A stretch of DNA of 64,000 bases from a virus: IMG/VR virus record IMGVR_UViG_3300031784_000026, positions 3,012 through 67,011 of that record. One strand, 5' to 3'. Shown here piece after piece: positions 1 through 9,236 of this stretch. Position 1 is the stretch's first letter. Each line of letters opens with the position of its first letter. Both the position numbers and the translations under genes were made by a program. The notes beneath the pieces were generated by a model that was given only the letters and a program-made list of their open reading frames with translations, searched no databases and had not been told where the DNA came from.

Positions 1-572
1 CCGCCTGCACCACCAGCAAAACCTTGCCCAGAGGTGCCGCTTGCTCCCGGAGTAGATGCGTTATTTGCACCACCCCCACCAGATCCGCCGCTAGTTGGTC
101 CAGAACTATATGCACCGCCTCCGCCACCACCAATGGCATTACTTGTGTAAAAAGAAGAATTACCGCCTGATCCACCAACCCCACTTAGAGAGGCTGCGCC
201 AGCCGCGCCACCAGCGCCAACAACAACTTGATAGGTGATACCTGCAATTAAAGGTGCTGTTCCAGTAAGTAATCCGCCAGCACCGCCGCCGCCGCCGCTA
301 ACATAGTTGGGAGAAGCACCGCCACCACCGCCACCGCCTGCAACATTTAAATAAGTGACAGAATAAGCAAAAGTTGGAATTGTTGCCCAAGTTCCATCAC
401 CGCGAAGAAATGTCGTTGCCGAAGGGGTTCCAGTAATTGCACTGTTAATAGCTGTAGAAGATACTAAAGGTGTCCCTGTTGCCGCAGGCAACGTAAGCGT
501 GTTTGTCCCCGCAACCGCAGGTGCATCTACAATAATGTAACCAGATGTGGAGCCGTTAAGTTTCAGTGGCAT
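1..572 (-). CDS. Glycine-rich fibre/adhesin protein, 3'-truncated by the window edge (not in ORF track)
   Basis: Hand translation: MPLKLNGSTSGYIIVDAPAVAGTNTLTLPAATG...TGTPSATTFLRGDGTW...YLNVAGGGGGGG. The first 30 aa are identical to 60635..61777. Confidence 0.85.
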   Translation of the reverse strand, partial: MPLKLNGSTSGYIIVDAPAVAGTNTLTLPAATGTPLVSSTAINSAITGTPSATTFLRGDGTWATIPTFAYSVTYLNVAGGGGGGGASPNYVSGGGGGAGGLLTGTAPLIAGITYQVVVGAGGAAGAASLSGVGGSGGNSSFYTSNAIGGGGGGAYSSGPTSGGSGGGGANNASTPGASGTSGQGFAGGAG

Positions 573-575
573 GGC

Positions 576-1079
576 TTACACAATCGTCCAAGTTGAACCA
601 GACGGCACCGTGACAGTGACACCTGAGTTGATGGTTATCTGACCTGCTGACAGAGCATTCTTAGTAGAGGTTATAGTATAGTTTGATGAGATTGTCTGAG
701 CATTTTCGATGATAGCCCCAGTGACACTAAGCTGACCCGTCGTGTCCCAGCTCGGGCCGCCCGTTGAAAGCATTCCCGGAGCAATCGTTCCTGATGACAC
801 GCCAACATACAACACGTTACCAAGCATCACGCCCCAGAAAGCCGTGCTGGCAGCAGGTGCAGTCGTGAATGTGATCGTGTCGTTTGATACGGTGTAAGAT
901 GAAGTTGGTTCTTGAACGACGCCACCAAGAGAGATGATAAGCGCGTTCGCTGATCCCGGCGTGACAGCCGTACCTGAGCTTGTGAGATTGAAAGTCGTCG
1001 TCGATCCGTTGAAGCTGCCCGAGATATCATCGAGCTTGCTATACGAACCAATGAGCGGTGGGTTGCCGATATAGCTCAT
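576..1079 (-). CDS. Virion fibre-associated protein (167 aa), paralog/allele of 61781..62284
   Basis: MSYIGNPP N-terminus, LDDISGSFNGSTTTFNLT domain, C-terminal SAGQITINSGVTVTVPSGSTWTIV; very similar to the right-end copy. Confidence 0.8.
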   Translation of the reverse strand: MSYIGNPPLIGSYSKLDDISGSFNGSTTTFNLTSSGTAVTPGSANALIISLGGVVQEPTSSYTVSNDTITFTTAPAASTAFWGVMLGNVLYVGVSSGTIAPGMLSTGGPSWDTTGQLSVTGAIIENAQTISSNYTITSTKNALSAGQITINSGVTVTVPSGSTWTIV

Positions 1080-2200
1080 GCTGTATAGCTCCCCGATGCG
1101 GTGAACTTAATGATTGTATTAGATCCAGACGTCGTGACTGTTGGGGAACCTGTGGTTGTGCCTGTGTAACGGGAAGTGGGAACAGAAATAATTACAACAC
1201 CTGATCCGCCTGCGCCGCCTCTACCATTTGAGCCACCGTCAACTCGACCACCGCCTCCTCCGCCGCCGCCAAGATTTGCTGTACCGGCACTTGCGTTATT
1301 GTTTCCTCCTTGATTATTACCATTGCCGCCGCCACCATTGCCGCCGCCGCCACTGCCGCCAGTACCAGCTTGATAAGCACCTCCGGGATCTTGGCCCTGT
1401 GCGCCCCCACCGCCGCCGCCTGCGTAGGTAATGGCTGATCCCGTAATAGAAGATGACACGCCAGCGCCGCCATTACCACCTGTTGACGTTCCACCCGGAG
1501 CAGTCCCAGTGACGCCTATTGCACCTGCACCACCGCCGCCGCCGCCGTATCGAGTTGTCTGCCCATTAAAGGAACCGCCACCACCAGAAAAGCCCGAACC
1601 GTTTGCCGTACCCCCCGATGTATTTGTTGCGTTACCTCCGCCACCACCGCCGTTACCATTGGTTGCAGACCCATTGCCGCCAGCATTGCCGCCACCAGCT
1701 CCATAACCTCCACCGCCAGCGGTTAAACTGAGGCCAGTTGAGTCGCTACCAACAACCCCATTTGATCCGGGAAAAGTTGTATTTGAAGAAGCTGCCCCGC
1801 CAGCTCCAACAACAAAACTGTAGGCTGTTCCGGGAGTTAAATAAGATGTTCCGGAAAGAACACCGCCGCCACCGCCTGCGCCCGCAGCCTGACTACCACC
1901 GCCACCACCGCCGCCAACAATTAAATAGGTGACTGCGTAAGGAGGAGCCTGTCGAAAATTTACCCACGTTGATGAGTTAGTATCGTACCACTCTGGCTCA
2001 CCAGTTGTAGAATTAAAACGTATGTACCCAGCGCCTCCAGCGGGACGTTGTGCCGTTGTCCCAACAGGAAGATCAAAATAACCAGTGCTGGTGTTGGCCT
2101 GATCAGATATGGCCGCTGGAGTGACTGCCCCAGACGCAAGGTTTGACGCAGTAACTACGCCCGTTCCAAGAAAACCAGATCCAATCTTAGTCTGTGCCAT
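1076..2200 (-). CDS. Glycine-rich (polyglycine II sandwich-like) fibre/adhesin protein
   Basis: PVGTTAQRP shaft module followed by regularly spaced Gly runs from YLIVGGGGGGG to GGSGVVII. Confidence 0.8.
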   Translation of the reverse strand: MAQTKIGSGFLGTGVVTASNLASGAVTPAAISDQANTSTGYFDLPVGTTAQRPAGGAGYIRFNSTTGEPEWYDTNSSTWVNFRQAPPYAVTYLIVGGGGGGGSQAAGAGGGGGVLSGTSYLTPGTAYSFVVGAGGAASSNTTFPGSNGVVGSDSTGLSLTAGGGGYGAGGGNAGGNGSATNGNGGGGGGNATNTSGGTANGSGFSGGGGSFNGQTTRYGGGGGGAGAIGVTGTAPGGTSTGGNGGAGVSSSITGSAITYAGGGGGGAQGQDPGGAYQAGTGGSGGGGNGGGGNGNNQGGNNNASAGTANLGGGGGGGGRVDGGSNGRGGAGGSGVVIISVPTSRYTGTTTGSPTVTTSGSNTIIKFTASGSYTA

Positions 2201-2568
2201 TACTCAACAACTTTCCAAGACGTTGTGGCTTCATCCCATGTGTATAGCTTACCGTCTGTAGGATAAGGTGTCGGTGCTTCCCATGTCCAATTATCATGAT
2301 TCAATGTCCATGAAGAGAAAGGCTGCGGCGCATAGAACACGTCATGAGACGGGTCATACGTGAAACCAACGCCAGCGTAGTTGCCGCGCAAAGCAGGCTT
2401 GCCGCTTGGCTCGTTGCTGTCAGGATTGTAATGCACATTGCCGCGTGTGTTGTACGATGTTTGGATCCACGTACCCGGCGAGCTGTCTACAAATGTTTGG
2501 AAAAAATCAGGCTCGGCCACGATGACCTGAACAACTTTTCCATCAACTACTTTTGCAAAATGTCCCAT
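2200..2568 (-). CDS. Conserved Trp/Tyr-rich 122 aa protein accompanying Gly-rich genes
   Basis: MGHFAKV...WIQTSYN...RGNYAG...WEAPTPYP; translationally coupled (TAATG) to the next gene; near-identical copy at 63558..63926. Confidence 0.85.
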   Translation of the reverse strand: MGHFAKVVDGKVVQVIVAEPDFFQTFVDSSPGTWIQTSYNTRGNVHYNPDSNEPSGKPALRGNYAGVGFTYDPSHDVFYAPQPFSSWTLNHDNWTWEAPTPYPTDGKLYTWDEATTSWKVVE

Positions 2569-2642
2569 GTTTTCCTCTTTACGCAGTGTAAGAACCGGAA
2601 GAATTAAATGTCAGGATTGTATTGGAGCCAGATGTCGTGATT
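2516..2642 (+). repeat. 127-bp exact direct repeat of the window end (63874..64000)
   Basis: Base-by-base comparison; offset 61,358 bp. Confidence 0.9.
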
Positions 2643-3946
2643 GTCGGAGTGCCTGTATAAACACCAGAATAACCTGCTGTGGGAACTGACAAAACAACAA
2701 CGCCAGAGCCACCTGCGCCGCCGACGCCACTTCCACCACGCGCACCCCCGCCGCCGCCGCCCAAATTTGCTGCCCCGGTGCCACCGTTTGACGGATCGCC
2801 CGATCCACCATTTGCGCCGCCGCCCTTTTGACCGGCTGTTGCAGTTCCACCGCCAAGACCGCCAGTGGCACCCGATCCCCCTCCGCCACCGCCTGCGTAA
2901 TAACCGGTTGATCCAGAAATAGTGCTTGTTGAAGGTATGCCGCCATTTCCGCCGTTGTTCCCAGAATTGTTTGAACCTACGCCGCCAGACCCGCCACCGC
3001 CACCGCCACCATAAGTACCACCGCCAGCCCCGCCTCTATAGCCCTCTACTGGAGAATATCCGCCTTGGTTACCCGCCGCGCCTTGTGCGCCGCCAGTAGC
3101 CGCGTCACCGCCGCCGCCAGATCCACCAACACCGCCAGAACTTCCGCCGCCGCTACCAAAACCACCGCCCGTGGCAGAAATAGAACTTGGGCCACCGACT
3201 AAAGATGAGTTGTTGCCTTTGTTAGATGACGCCGCTCCACCGGAACCAACGGTTGCGGTATATGTTACGCCTTTGTAGAAAGTAAAAGTTGTAAAGTTTC
3301 TGAAGCCGCCCGCACCACCGCCACCACCAGCAGAGCCACCGTTACCGCCGCCACCGCCGCCTGCAACGATGAGTGCTGCGCCAGAAACCGTTGTGTACGC
3401 AGTTAACTGACCATAGGACGCATAACCCAACCATCCACGAGTTGAGTCAATATATACAAATGTTAATGATCCAGCATTTGTAACAATAGCCACGTTTGAC
3501 GTAGAGCCCTCAATTTTTCCACCGTTAGGGCTAATTGTGATGGCGTTCGTTGCAGAAGTTGAAGCATAATCTTTTACGGTCACAGTATCTCCGGTTGAAG
3601 GAGACGCCGGAAGAGATACTGTTATTCCGCCAGATGTTGTGTTTACAGGATATGCTCCACCTGCCACTGCTGTGAAGTTTGTGGTTTGCACAGCTTGCCA
3701 AGAAAGTGCAGCGGTCGCCCAAACTCCATCCCCACGCAGAAATGTTGAGGAAGAAGGAGTTCCTGTCGCACTGATGTCAGCAATAACAACTGCACCTGCT
3801 GCAATGGCCGTGGTCGTTACGGCGTTAGCGGCAATAGCAGAGGATGTAACTGCATTTGCAGCTAAAGCATTTGCATCAACAGCACCCGTCGCAATTTGCG
3901 ACGAGGTCAGCGGTGTAGAGGGAGGATAATTACCCTGATAACCCAT
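2579..3946 (-). CDS. Glycine-rich fibre/adhesin protein (455 aa)
   Basis: AVTxxAIA repeats, TFLRGDG module, WQAVQTTNFTAV module, C-terminal Gly-rich domain. Confidence 0.8.
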   Translation of the reverse strand: MGYQGNYPPSTPLTSSQIATGAVDANALAANAVTSSAIAANAVTTTAIAAGAVVIADISATGTPSSSTFLRGDGVWATAALSWQAVQTTNFTAVAGGAYPVNTTSGGITVSLPASPSTGDTVTVKDYASTSATNAITISPNGGKIEGSTSNVAIVTNAGSLTFVYIDSTRGWLGYASYGQLTAYTTVSGAALIVAGGGGGGNGGSAGGGGGAGGFRNFTTFTFYKGVTYTATVGSGGAASSNKGNNSSLVGGPSSISATGGGFGSGGGSSGGVGGSGGGGDAATGGAQGAAGNQGGYSPVEGYRGGAGGGTYGGGGGGGSGGVGSNNSGNNGGNGGIPSTSTISGSTGYYAGGGGGGSGATGGLGGGTATAGQKGGGANGGSGDPSNGGTGAANLGGGGGGARGGSGVGGAGGSGVVVLSVPTAGYSGVYTGTPTITTSGSNTILTFNSSGSYTA

Positions 3947-3955
3947 CTGTCACGC

Positions 3956-4285
3956 TCACGTAATTTCAAGCAGGGACACAACTGCATCGGCTGTACCAGA
4001 AGATGTCACAACCTGTGCGCGGATATAGTTTGCTGCCTCAAGAACGACCTTCTGATCACCACCAACAATCACGATGGATGAGCCAACAGGAACAGGAACT
4101 TGATAAGCAAGATAATATGAGCTCGCACCTTTTACGACCTGCACGTTGACCGTGATGCTGGTCGTGTAGGTGTTGGCAAGCGAGAAGCCGATGATGGTTG
4201 TCTGCGTTGCAGATGGAGCAGTGTAAATGGTCGTATAACCACCGCTCGTAATCGCAGACCCGTAACTCTTGAAAGTATTTGCCAT
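3956..4285 (-). CDS. Small virion structural protein
   Basis: 109 aa beta-rich ORF (MANTFKS...VVSLLEIT) within the late operon. Confidence 0.7.
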   Translation of the reverse strand: MANTFKSYGSAITSGGYTTIYTAPSATQTTIIGFSLANTYTTSITVNVQVVKGASSYYLAYQVPVPVGSSIVIVGGDQKVVLEAANYIRAQVVTSSGTADAVVSLLEIT

Positions 4286-4288
4286 GTT

Positions 4289-5368
4289 TTACCCCAGAGC
4301 GATTGCCAGAGCCACAGCCGTTCCGGCAGGGTCTACTTGAAGACTTGTTTGAGCACCTGACACCGTTGTAGCACCAGTGCCGCCATACGCAATTCCTAAA
4401 ACACCAGACGTGATATCTGATGCTGAAACAGAAGGCGCAATTGTGGATACCGATGTCAGCTGACCCTGTGCGTTTACCGTGATTACTGGAATAGCTGTGG
4501 CAGAGCCATAACTTGTAGCACTGACGCCTGTGTTACTAATGCTGAACGTCGTGCCAGCAAGAGTTAAGCCCGTGCCCGCAGAATAGGTGATCGGTGCGCC
4601 AAACTGAATAAATACAATGTCAGTTGTACCAACCGTGATAGGAAGCGACGTTTGTTGAACCCAAGATGTATTGGCGTTTGTTGTGCCTGCGGTGATGAGA
4701 AAGAAGTCACCGGCATCGATCTGATTAGGACCACTGCCCGCCGTATTAAAATCCGTGGCGCGTGTCATGACCCATGCAGTAGAGCCATTACCGACAGTCG
4801 TGACAGTATACGCACCATTGTAGGGGGCGTTTGTCGAAGTCTCGTTCTTAACAAGAATACGATCATTAACGGAGGGGGTGCTTCCGTCGATGCTCAATGC
4901 GCCGACGGCATTCGCCGTAAGCGTAGCGCCAACACCGCTTGATCCATTATTGTATGTGTACGCTGGCAGCGTAGTTGCTGTGGCATACTTACAGGATTGA
5001 TGAAAGTTCAGACCTTGAGCGGTTGAGTCAACGTAGGTTTTGTTGACCAGATCATACGCACCACTCGGAACCGTGACAGTCGTGCCGCCGGTGATGACAG
5101 GAGATGTCAGCGTCTTGTTGGTGAGCGTCTGCGTTCCTGTCAGTGTCACGACGTTGCTGCTGGTGCTCAACGCACCTGCTGACAGCGTCAGTTCACCGCT
5201 TACAGAAATTTCTTCCGCTGCACCTGTACCCGCAGTAGTACGGCCTAAAAGCCTATTCGTTGCAAGCAACAAATCATGGTCATCGTTCCAGTTCGACGGC
5301 CTGACAATACTAGTGTCAGCGTCGTCCGGTACTGAACTGACGAACTTGTGCTTGAGCGAAACGGTCAT
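4289..5368 (-). CDS. Tail/head fibre protein
   Basis: Thr/Gly/Ser-rich; GTQTLTNKTLTSP, DRILVKNE, YSAGTGLTL and GGTGAT fibre motifs; ends ALAIALG. Confidence 0.75.
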   Translation of the reverse strand: MTVSLKHKFVSSVPDDADTSIVRPSNWNDDHDLLLATNRLLGRTTAGTGAAEEISVSGELTLSAGALSTSSNVVTLTGTQTLTNKTLTSPVITGGTTVTVPSGAYDLVNKTYVDSTAQGLNFHQSCKYATATTLPAYTYNNGSSGVGATLTANAVGALSIDGSTPSVNDRILVKNETSTNAPYNGAYTVTTVGNGSTAWVMTRATDFNTAGSGPNQIDAGDFFLITAGTTNANTSWVQQTSLPITVGTTDIVFIQFGAPITYSAGTGLTLAGTTFSISNTGVSATSYGSATAIPVITVNAQGQLTSVSTIAPSVSASDITSGVLGIAYGGTGATTVSGAQTSLQVDPAGTAVALAIALG

Positions 5369-5374
5369 TTATCA

Positions 5375-5830
5375 TCACGCTATGCGAATAATGGAATTAC
5401 TTGCGTCTGCCGCCGGGAACACGATGGTGAATGTGCCTGCCGAAGCTGTTTTGTCAGAACCAAAGTCCAACACAACAACTGACGGGTTGGTGTATGCACC
5501 GCTGCTTGGCGTGGTGTTATAGATCAACGCACCACGGGCCGTGAACGAGGCCGATGCCCAAGACGTGTCAGCAAAGTCCGTGAACGCCGTTGTTCCCGAG
5601 GAGGTCGGGTCGATGCGTGTCAGAGTGTTGCCACCCGCCGAGTAGGCCGAGCCGGAAGTGTTGGTTGTCTCGCCAGAGGTCGTGTACGCCGTGGTCGAAG
5701 CATCCAGCGTCGCGCTGTTTGTATAGAGTGCGATCTTAAAGGTGTCACCGCCAGACAACTTAAAATCGTGAACGGCTTCCAGAAGCTGCTGCTTGAAAGA
5801 CGTACACATATAGTTACCGGTAAACGCCAT
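5375..5830 (-). CDS. Virion structural protein
   Basis: CTSFKQQLL...FKIALY...ARGALIYN...LDFGSDK; GGAG RBS upstream. Confidence 0.75.
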   Translation of the reverse strand: MAFTGNYMCTSFKQQLLEAVHDFKLSGGDTFKIALYTNSATLDASTTAYTTSGETTNTSGSAYSAGGNTLTRIDPTSSGTTAFTDFADTSWASASFTARGALIYNTTPSSGAYTNPSVVVLDFGSDKTASAGTFTIVFPAADASNSIIRIA

Positions 5831-5840
5831 TGTTCTCTCC

Positions 5841-6095
5841 TTAACCCTGTAACAATTGGCTGGCGACGGTCGATCTATCGCACTGAATAGCCTGTTTCAT
5901 GTAATAGAGTATAACCTGCTCGACCTGTTTTTGAAAGGCTCTTGCCTGCTCCGAGATAACCGGGGGAGCGGTGTCAGAGACCTGTACAATTTTCTGTGCA
6001 GCTCGGTTGGCCCAGAACTCCGGCGGGTGGCCGCCATTGGCGGAGGCCACGACATCGACCGAGATTGTGGGCATGTGCATAGCTTGAGTAAACAT
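5841..6095 (-). CDS. Hypothetical protein
   Basis: 84 aa ORF coupled to the upstream gene in the late operon. Confidence 0.65.
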   Translation of the reverse strand: MFTQAMHMPTISVDVVASANGGHPPEFWANRAAQKIVQVSDTAPPVISEQARAFQKQVEQVILYYMKQAIQCDRSTVASQLLQG

Positions 6096-6733
6096 CAGTT
6101 AGCCTTTACCCTAATGAGACCGTCACGGTAAGCATCCACGTCTTCTCGGCCTTCGCCATAGTTCTTGAGACGGGCCAATGCTTCCATGAACCGCTGGTTG
6201 TAGGTGTTCAGGAGATCCGGCTCACCTTTCATAAAGGTGTAGGCTTCCACAAGGCAGCCGTAGAGCAGGGCTTCCTGACCGTAGTTGCTGATCCACGTCC
6301 CGCTCGTCTCCACCGTCAGGCTGGCCGGACGGTAGAAATAGTGCAGTTCCACGCCATAGGTGCTGTTCGGAACGGGAGCCAGAATGAAGTTGTTGATGTC
6401 AAAGAACGCGTAATACTTCGGAACACCGGTAGCCCCGGTAGGATTATATTCCTGAAGGTATTCGACGTCCTTTTGCAGCAAGAAACTGGTCGATCCGTTT
6501 GCCGTAACGGACAAACTGAACGCGTTCAGATAGTCTGATGGAACAGCTAAATACTTGTTACCACTCGTTAAATTAGCCGTCTGGTTCTTGCGGAAGAATT
6601 GCAAATCAACATTGAACAGAATCCGTTCTTCCGTGTTCAGGATGAACTGGTCTATCTGGCTGTTGAAGGTTGTCTCGTCGTACTGTGTCCAATCCTTAAT
6701 GGCCTGAACCAGTGTAGCGTATGTCCATGCCAT
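6095..6733 (-). CDS. Head-tail adaptor-like protein (start re-set to MAWTY at 6733)
   Basis: TYATLVQAI...ILNTEERI...GVPKYY...LLYGCLVEAY pattern of adaptor proteins. Confidence 0.7.
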   Translation of the reverse strand: MAWTYATLVQAIKDWTQYDETTFNSQIDQFILNTEERILFNVDLQFFRKNQTANLTSGNKYLAVPSDYLNAFSLSVTANGSTSFLLQKDVEYLQEYNPTGATGVPKYYAFFDINNFILAPVPNSTYGVELHYFYRPASLTVETSGTWISNYGQEALLYGCLVEAYTFMKGEPDLLNTYNQRFMEALARLKNYGEGREDVDAYRDGLIRVKAN

Positions 6734-7038
6734 CAGGTGATCTCCACAGTAACAACACCGACCTGAGTAATCCCCTGAAGCAAGGAATTTTGCAAGAACG
6801 GAAACTGCCAATCTTGCACCGGCACATCCATCGGCTCATTCCGTGACAGGCGGGGCTCATACAAAGCCTGCGGTTCCGTCGGCGGATAAATCGGACTCAA
6901 TTGCGGGTGCTTGACTTCCCAGCATTCCGGGCATGTCTTCAAACCGTTCCATTCTTTACGGAGCTGCAAGTAGTCATACTGAAACCCGCACCGGTCACAG
7001 ATGGCTACAGCATAAGAACCGTAAGCAAAACGTGTCAT
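6733..7038 (-). CDS. Cys-rich small protein
   Basis: CDRCG...CPEC...KHPQL; coupled to both neighbours. Confidence 0.7.
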   Translation of the reverse strand: MTRFAYGSYAVAICDRCGFQYDYLQLRKEWNGLKTCPECWEVKHPQLSPIYPPTEPQALYEPRLSRNEPMDVPVQDWQFPFLQNSLLQGITQVGVVTVEIT

Positions 7039-7724
7039 GTCAACACGCGGTAGGAGCTTCTTCCCGGCGTCAGGTTCAGAGAAGCCCTATCCCTGTCTTC
7101 AGTTGCGGCTCTGATGAACTCCTCGTCGTAGACTGCCTTGAGCAAAGCAACCCGATCAGGAGCTTTCTTAATCGCCAGATAATATGCCAACCCTGCTGCA
7201 AGGCAGGGGTAGAAACGGAATGGCATTTCCATCGTATTGACGCCTGCCGAGGCATCATCCATACGCGTCAGCTTTGTCACGATAACGCTGTAGGTGTTGT
7301 CAGGAGTCGGCCAGACATACAGAACCGGGGTGATCTGACGGTCGATATAGTATTGTGTCGGCTGGCCCGTCGTCAGTTTGTTGGGGATATTGTTGTAATA
7401 TTCCCGGCTGACACGGTCCATTGTCAGGTCCGCTTGTGACGCTGTCCCCTGACCCGTAGGCATACGGCAAATCGATTGAATGACATCGATGTCGTACGAG
7501 GCAAGGTTGTAGGTTGGCGTACCGGGGACCATCGTGATCGTCTGGTTCTCAATTGTCCATTGCAGGAGCCCACGGTTGGCCCAATCGGCCAAGACAAGAT
7601 TAAGACTACGACGAGCTGTCCGCTGGTCGTAGCCTGTTCTTACCTCAATACCGCAACGCTCATACGCCTCTTCGATGTACTCAGCGACGTCAAGCTCAAA
7701 GGACTTAGTCCCAGAAGTAGCCAT
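7035..7724 (-). CDS. Head-tail connector / tail tubular protein A-like
   Basis: IEEAYERCG...ARRSLNL...WANRG...VWPTPD...GLAYYLA. Confidence 0.7.
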   Translation of the reverse strand: MATSGTKSFELDVAEYIEEAYERCGIEVRTGYDQRTARRSLNLVLADWANRGLLQWTIENQTITMVPGTPTYNLASYDIDVIQSICRMPTGQGTASQADLTMDRVSREYYNNIPNKLTTGQPTQYYIDRQITPVLYVWPTPDNTYSVIVTKLTRMDDASAGVNTMEMPFRFYPCLAAGLAYYLAIKKAPDRVALLKAVYDEEFIRAATEDRDRASLNLTPGRSSYRVLT

Positions 7725-7726
7725 TA

Positions 7727-8005
7727 TTAGCAGCCTTTACCGCTCTTCATCATACCGCCCTTGTTCATCTTGACGGTCTTTTTCTTTGCCATACCACCAC
7801 GCTTGTACTCGGACTTCTCCATCATCGGAGATTCCTTCTTCTCGTGCTTACGCATGGCAGCCTTCGAAGCATACATCTCGCCAGTACCCTTTTCCTTCAT
7901 GGCGGAGTTCTTCATCATCTTGCCGTTAGGCATCTTGTGCATCCCAGACTTTTTCATCTTGGCACCCTTCTTTGAGAAAAGACCGTTTACGATTTCATTT
8001 GGCAT
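7727..8005 (-). CDS. Small Lys/Met-rich basic protein
   Basis: MPNEIVNG...YKRGG...MNKGG; start re-set to 8005. Confidence 0.6.
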   Translation of the reverse strand: MPNEIVNGLFSKKGAKMKKSGMHKMPNGKMMKNSAMKEKGTGEMYASKAAMRKHEKKESPMMEKSEYKRGGMAKKKTVKMNKGGMMKSGKGC

Positions 8006-8006
8006 T

Positions 8007-8573
8007 TTAACACATCTTTCCTTTACCATGACCGCGAGCAGCCATGCCACAACCACGGACCATGCCGCCCTTGGCCTTCTTCATAACGCTGCCGCCACGA
8101 CTCATGGCTTCAGTAGCTTTTGTTTTATATGATTTTCCTTTTGGAAGAACATCATCAGAGCTACCGGGATATTCGTAAGAATAATCTTTGTTGGTAAATC
8201 CATACTTTTGCATTTCTTTACCAAAATCTTCACGGCTTCGACGAAGACCTTCATCAAAATTTTTATCTGCCATTTTGCTTGATGCTTCAGAATCATATTT
8301 TCCGTTATTATAAACGCTAACGGGAAGGCCCATTTTTTGTTTTACACCTTCACTTTGACGTTCATATCTATCTTTATCTTTATTCATTACCTTTGTAACG
8401 TCGCCACCTTCAGCCTTCTTCATGACCATAGGTTTTTCAGGGGTCTTGTAGCCCCCCTCAAGTTTCTTCAAATATTCCGGATCTACTGGAATGTTAGAAG
8501 ATGGGTATTTGGGCTCCTTCTTAGGGGCCATATCAGCAGGACGACGGGGAGGGAGTGGGATATTCTTCGGCAT
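8007..8573 (-). CDS. Basic protein with xxGG motifs
   Basis: 188 aa; KAEGG, MSRGG, KAKGG and C-terminal RGCGMAARG. Confidence 0.65.
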   Translation of the reverse strand: MPKNIPLPPRRPADMAPKKEPKYPSSNIPVDPEYLKKLEGGYKTPEKPMVMKKAEGGDVTKVMNKDKDRYERQSEGVKQKMGLPVSVYNNGKYDSEASSKMADKNFDEGLRRSREDFGKEMQKYGFTNKDYSYEYPGSSDDVLPKGKSYKTKATEAMSRGGSVMKKAKGGMVRGCGMAARGHGKGKMC

Positions 8574-8574
8574 A

Positions 8575-8736
8575 TTACTTACCCTTCTTTTTTGACATAC
8601 CAGCTTCTGACAAGGCTATGGCAATCGCTTGCTTACGGCTCTTGACCATTGGACCCTTCTTGCTACCGGAGTGAAGTTTACCGGCTTTAAATTCCTTCAT
8701 GACCTTTTGGATCTTGCCGGGCATCTGCTTTTTCAT
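8575..8736 (-). CDS. Small basic protein, DUF6496-like (not in ORF track)
   Basis: Hand translation MKKQMPGKIQKVMKEFKAGKLHSGSKKGPMVKSRKQAIAIALSEAGMSKKKGK. Confidence 0.75.
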   Translation of the reverse strand: MKKQMPGKIQKVMKEFKAGKLHSGSKKGPMVKSRKQAIAIALSEAGMSKKKGK

Positions 8737-8888
8737 TTCTTCCTCGCTGCGCGAATATTGTCGATCATGTTGGGGTACTTGCGACCTGCTTTTTTAGCTG
8801 CTGCCTTAGCAGAAGCTTTTTGAGCAGGGGTCAAGGCCTTGGATTTACCAAGGCTCTTGGGGCGAGGTTTTTCCCAGACGGCTTTCAT
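8733..8888 (-). CDS. Small basic protein (not in ORF track)
   Basis: MKAVWEKPRPKSLGKSKALTPAQKASAKAAAKKAGRKYPNMIDNIRAARKK; ATGA overlaps at both ends. Confidence 0.7.
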   Translation of the reverse strand: MKAVWEKPRPKSLGKSKALTPAQKASAKAAAKKAGRKYPNMIDNIRAARKK

Positions 8889-9040
8889 TTTTTACCCTTT
8901 TTGCCTACAGCAATCATAATCGCAATGCCGACCTTCGGCTTCTTTGCAGAGCCGCCTTTCTTCATCGCAGGAACCATCGGAGCCATAGCTTTACGCGAAC
9001 GGTTAGAAGCGACCATCTTTGAAATGCTCTTCTTACGCAC
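8885..9040 (-). CDS. Small basic protein (GTG start; not in ORF track)
   Basis: MRKKSISKMVASNRSRKAMAPMVPAMKKGGSAKKPKVGIAIMIAVGKKGKK; AAGGAG RBS upstream. Confidence 0.65.
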   Translation of the reverse strand: MRKKSISKMVASNRSRKAMAPMVPAMKKGGSAKKPKVGIAIMIAVGKKGKK

Positions 9041-9236
9041 CGAACTTCTCCTTAAGTTTGCTTATGCCGCGCTGAACCGTCTTCGTTTCATAGATACGAA
9101 TACCCGTCCACACTATTGTAAAACCAGCAGCAATAGAAGGAAGCATGCCCATTAATGCACCTAAAACTGTAGTAACTGAAGCTAGATCGAGGACGTGCTT
9201 CACGCCATCATCAAGGTGTGTCATCTGCACCTCCAC
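9033..9236 (-). CDS. Small membrane protein (possible holin-like)
   Basis: Hydrophobic LASVTTVLGALMGMLPSIAAGFTIVWTGIRIYET segment and basic tail. Confidence 0.6.
   Translation of the reverse strand: MEVQMTHLDDGVKHVLDLASVTTVLGALMGMLPSIAAGFTIVWTGIRIYETKTVQRGISKLKEKFGA

Noticed and set aside
1076-3946. (CCG/CCA)n microsatellites, PE-PGRS or collagen
   Set aside because: These are Gly codons with mixed wobble positions; no PE domain and no Gly-X-Y register.
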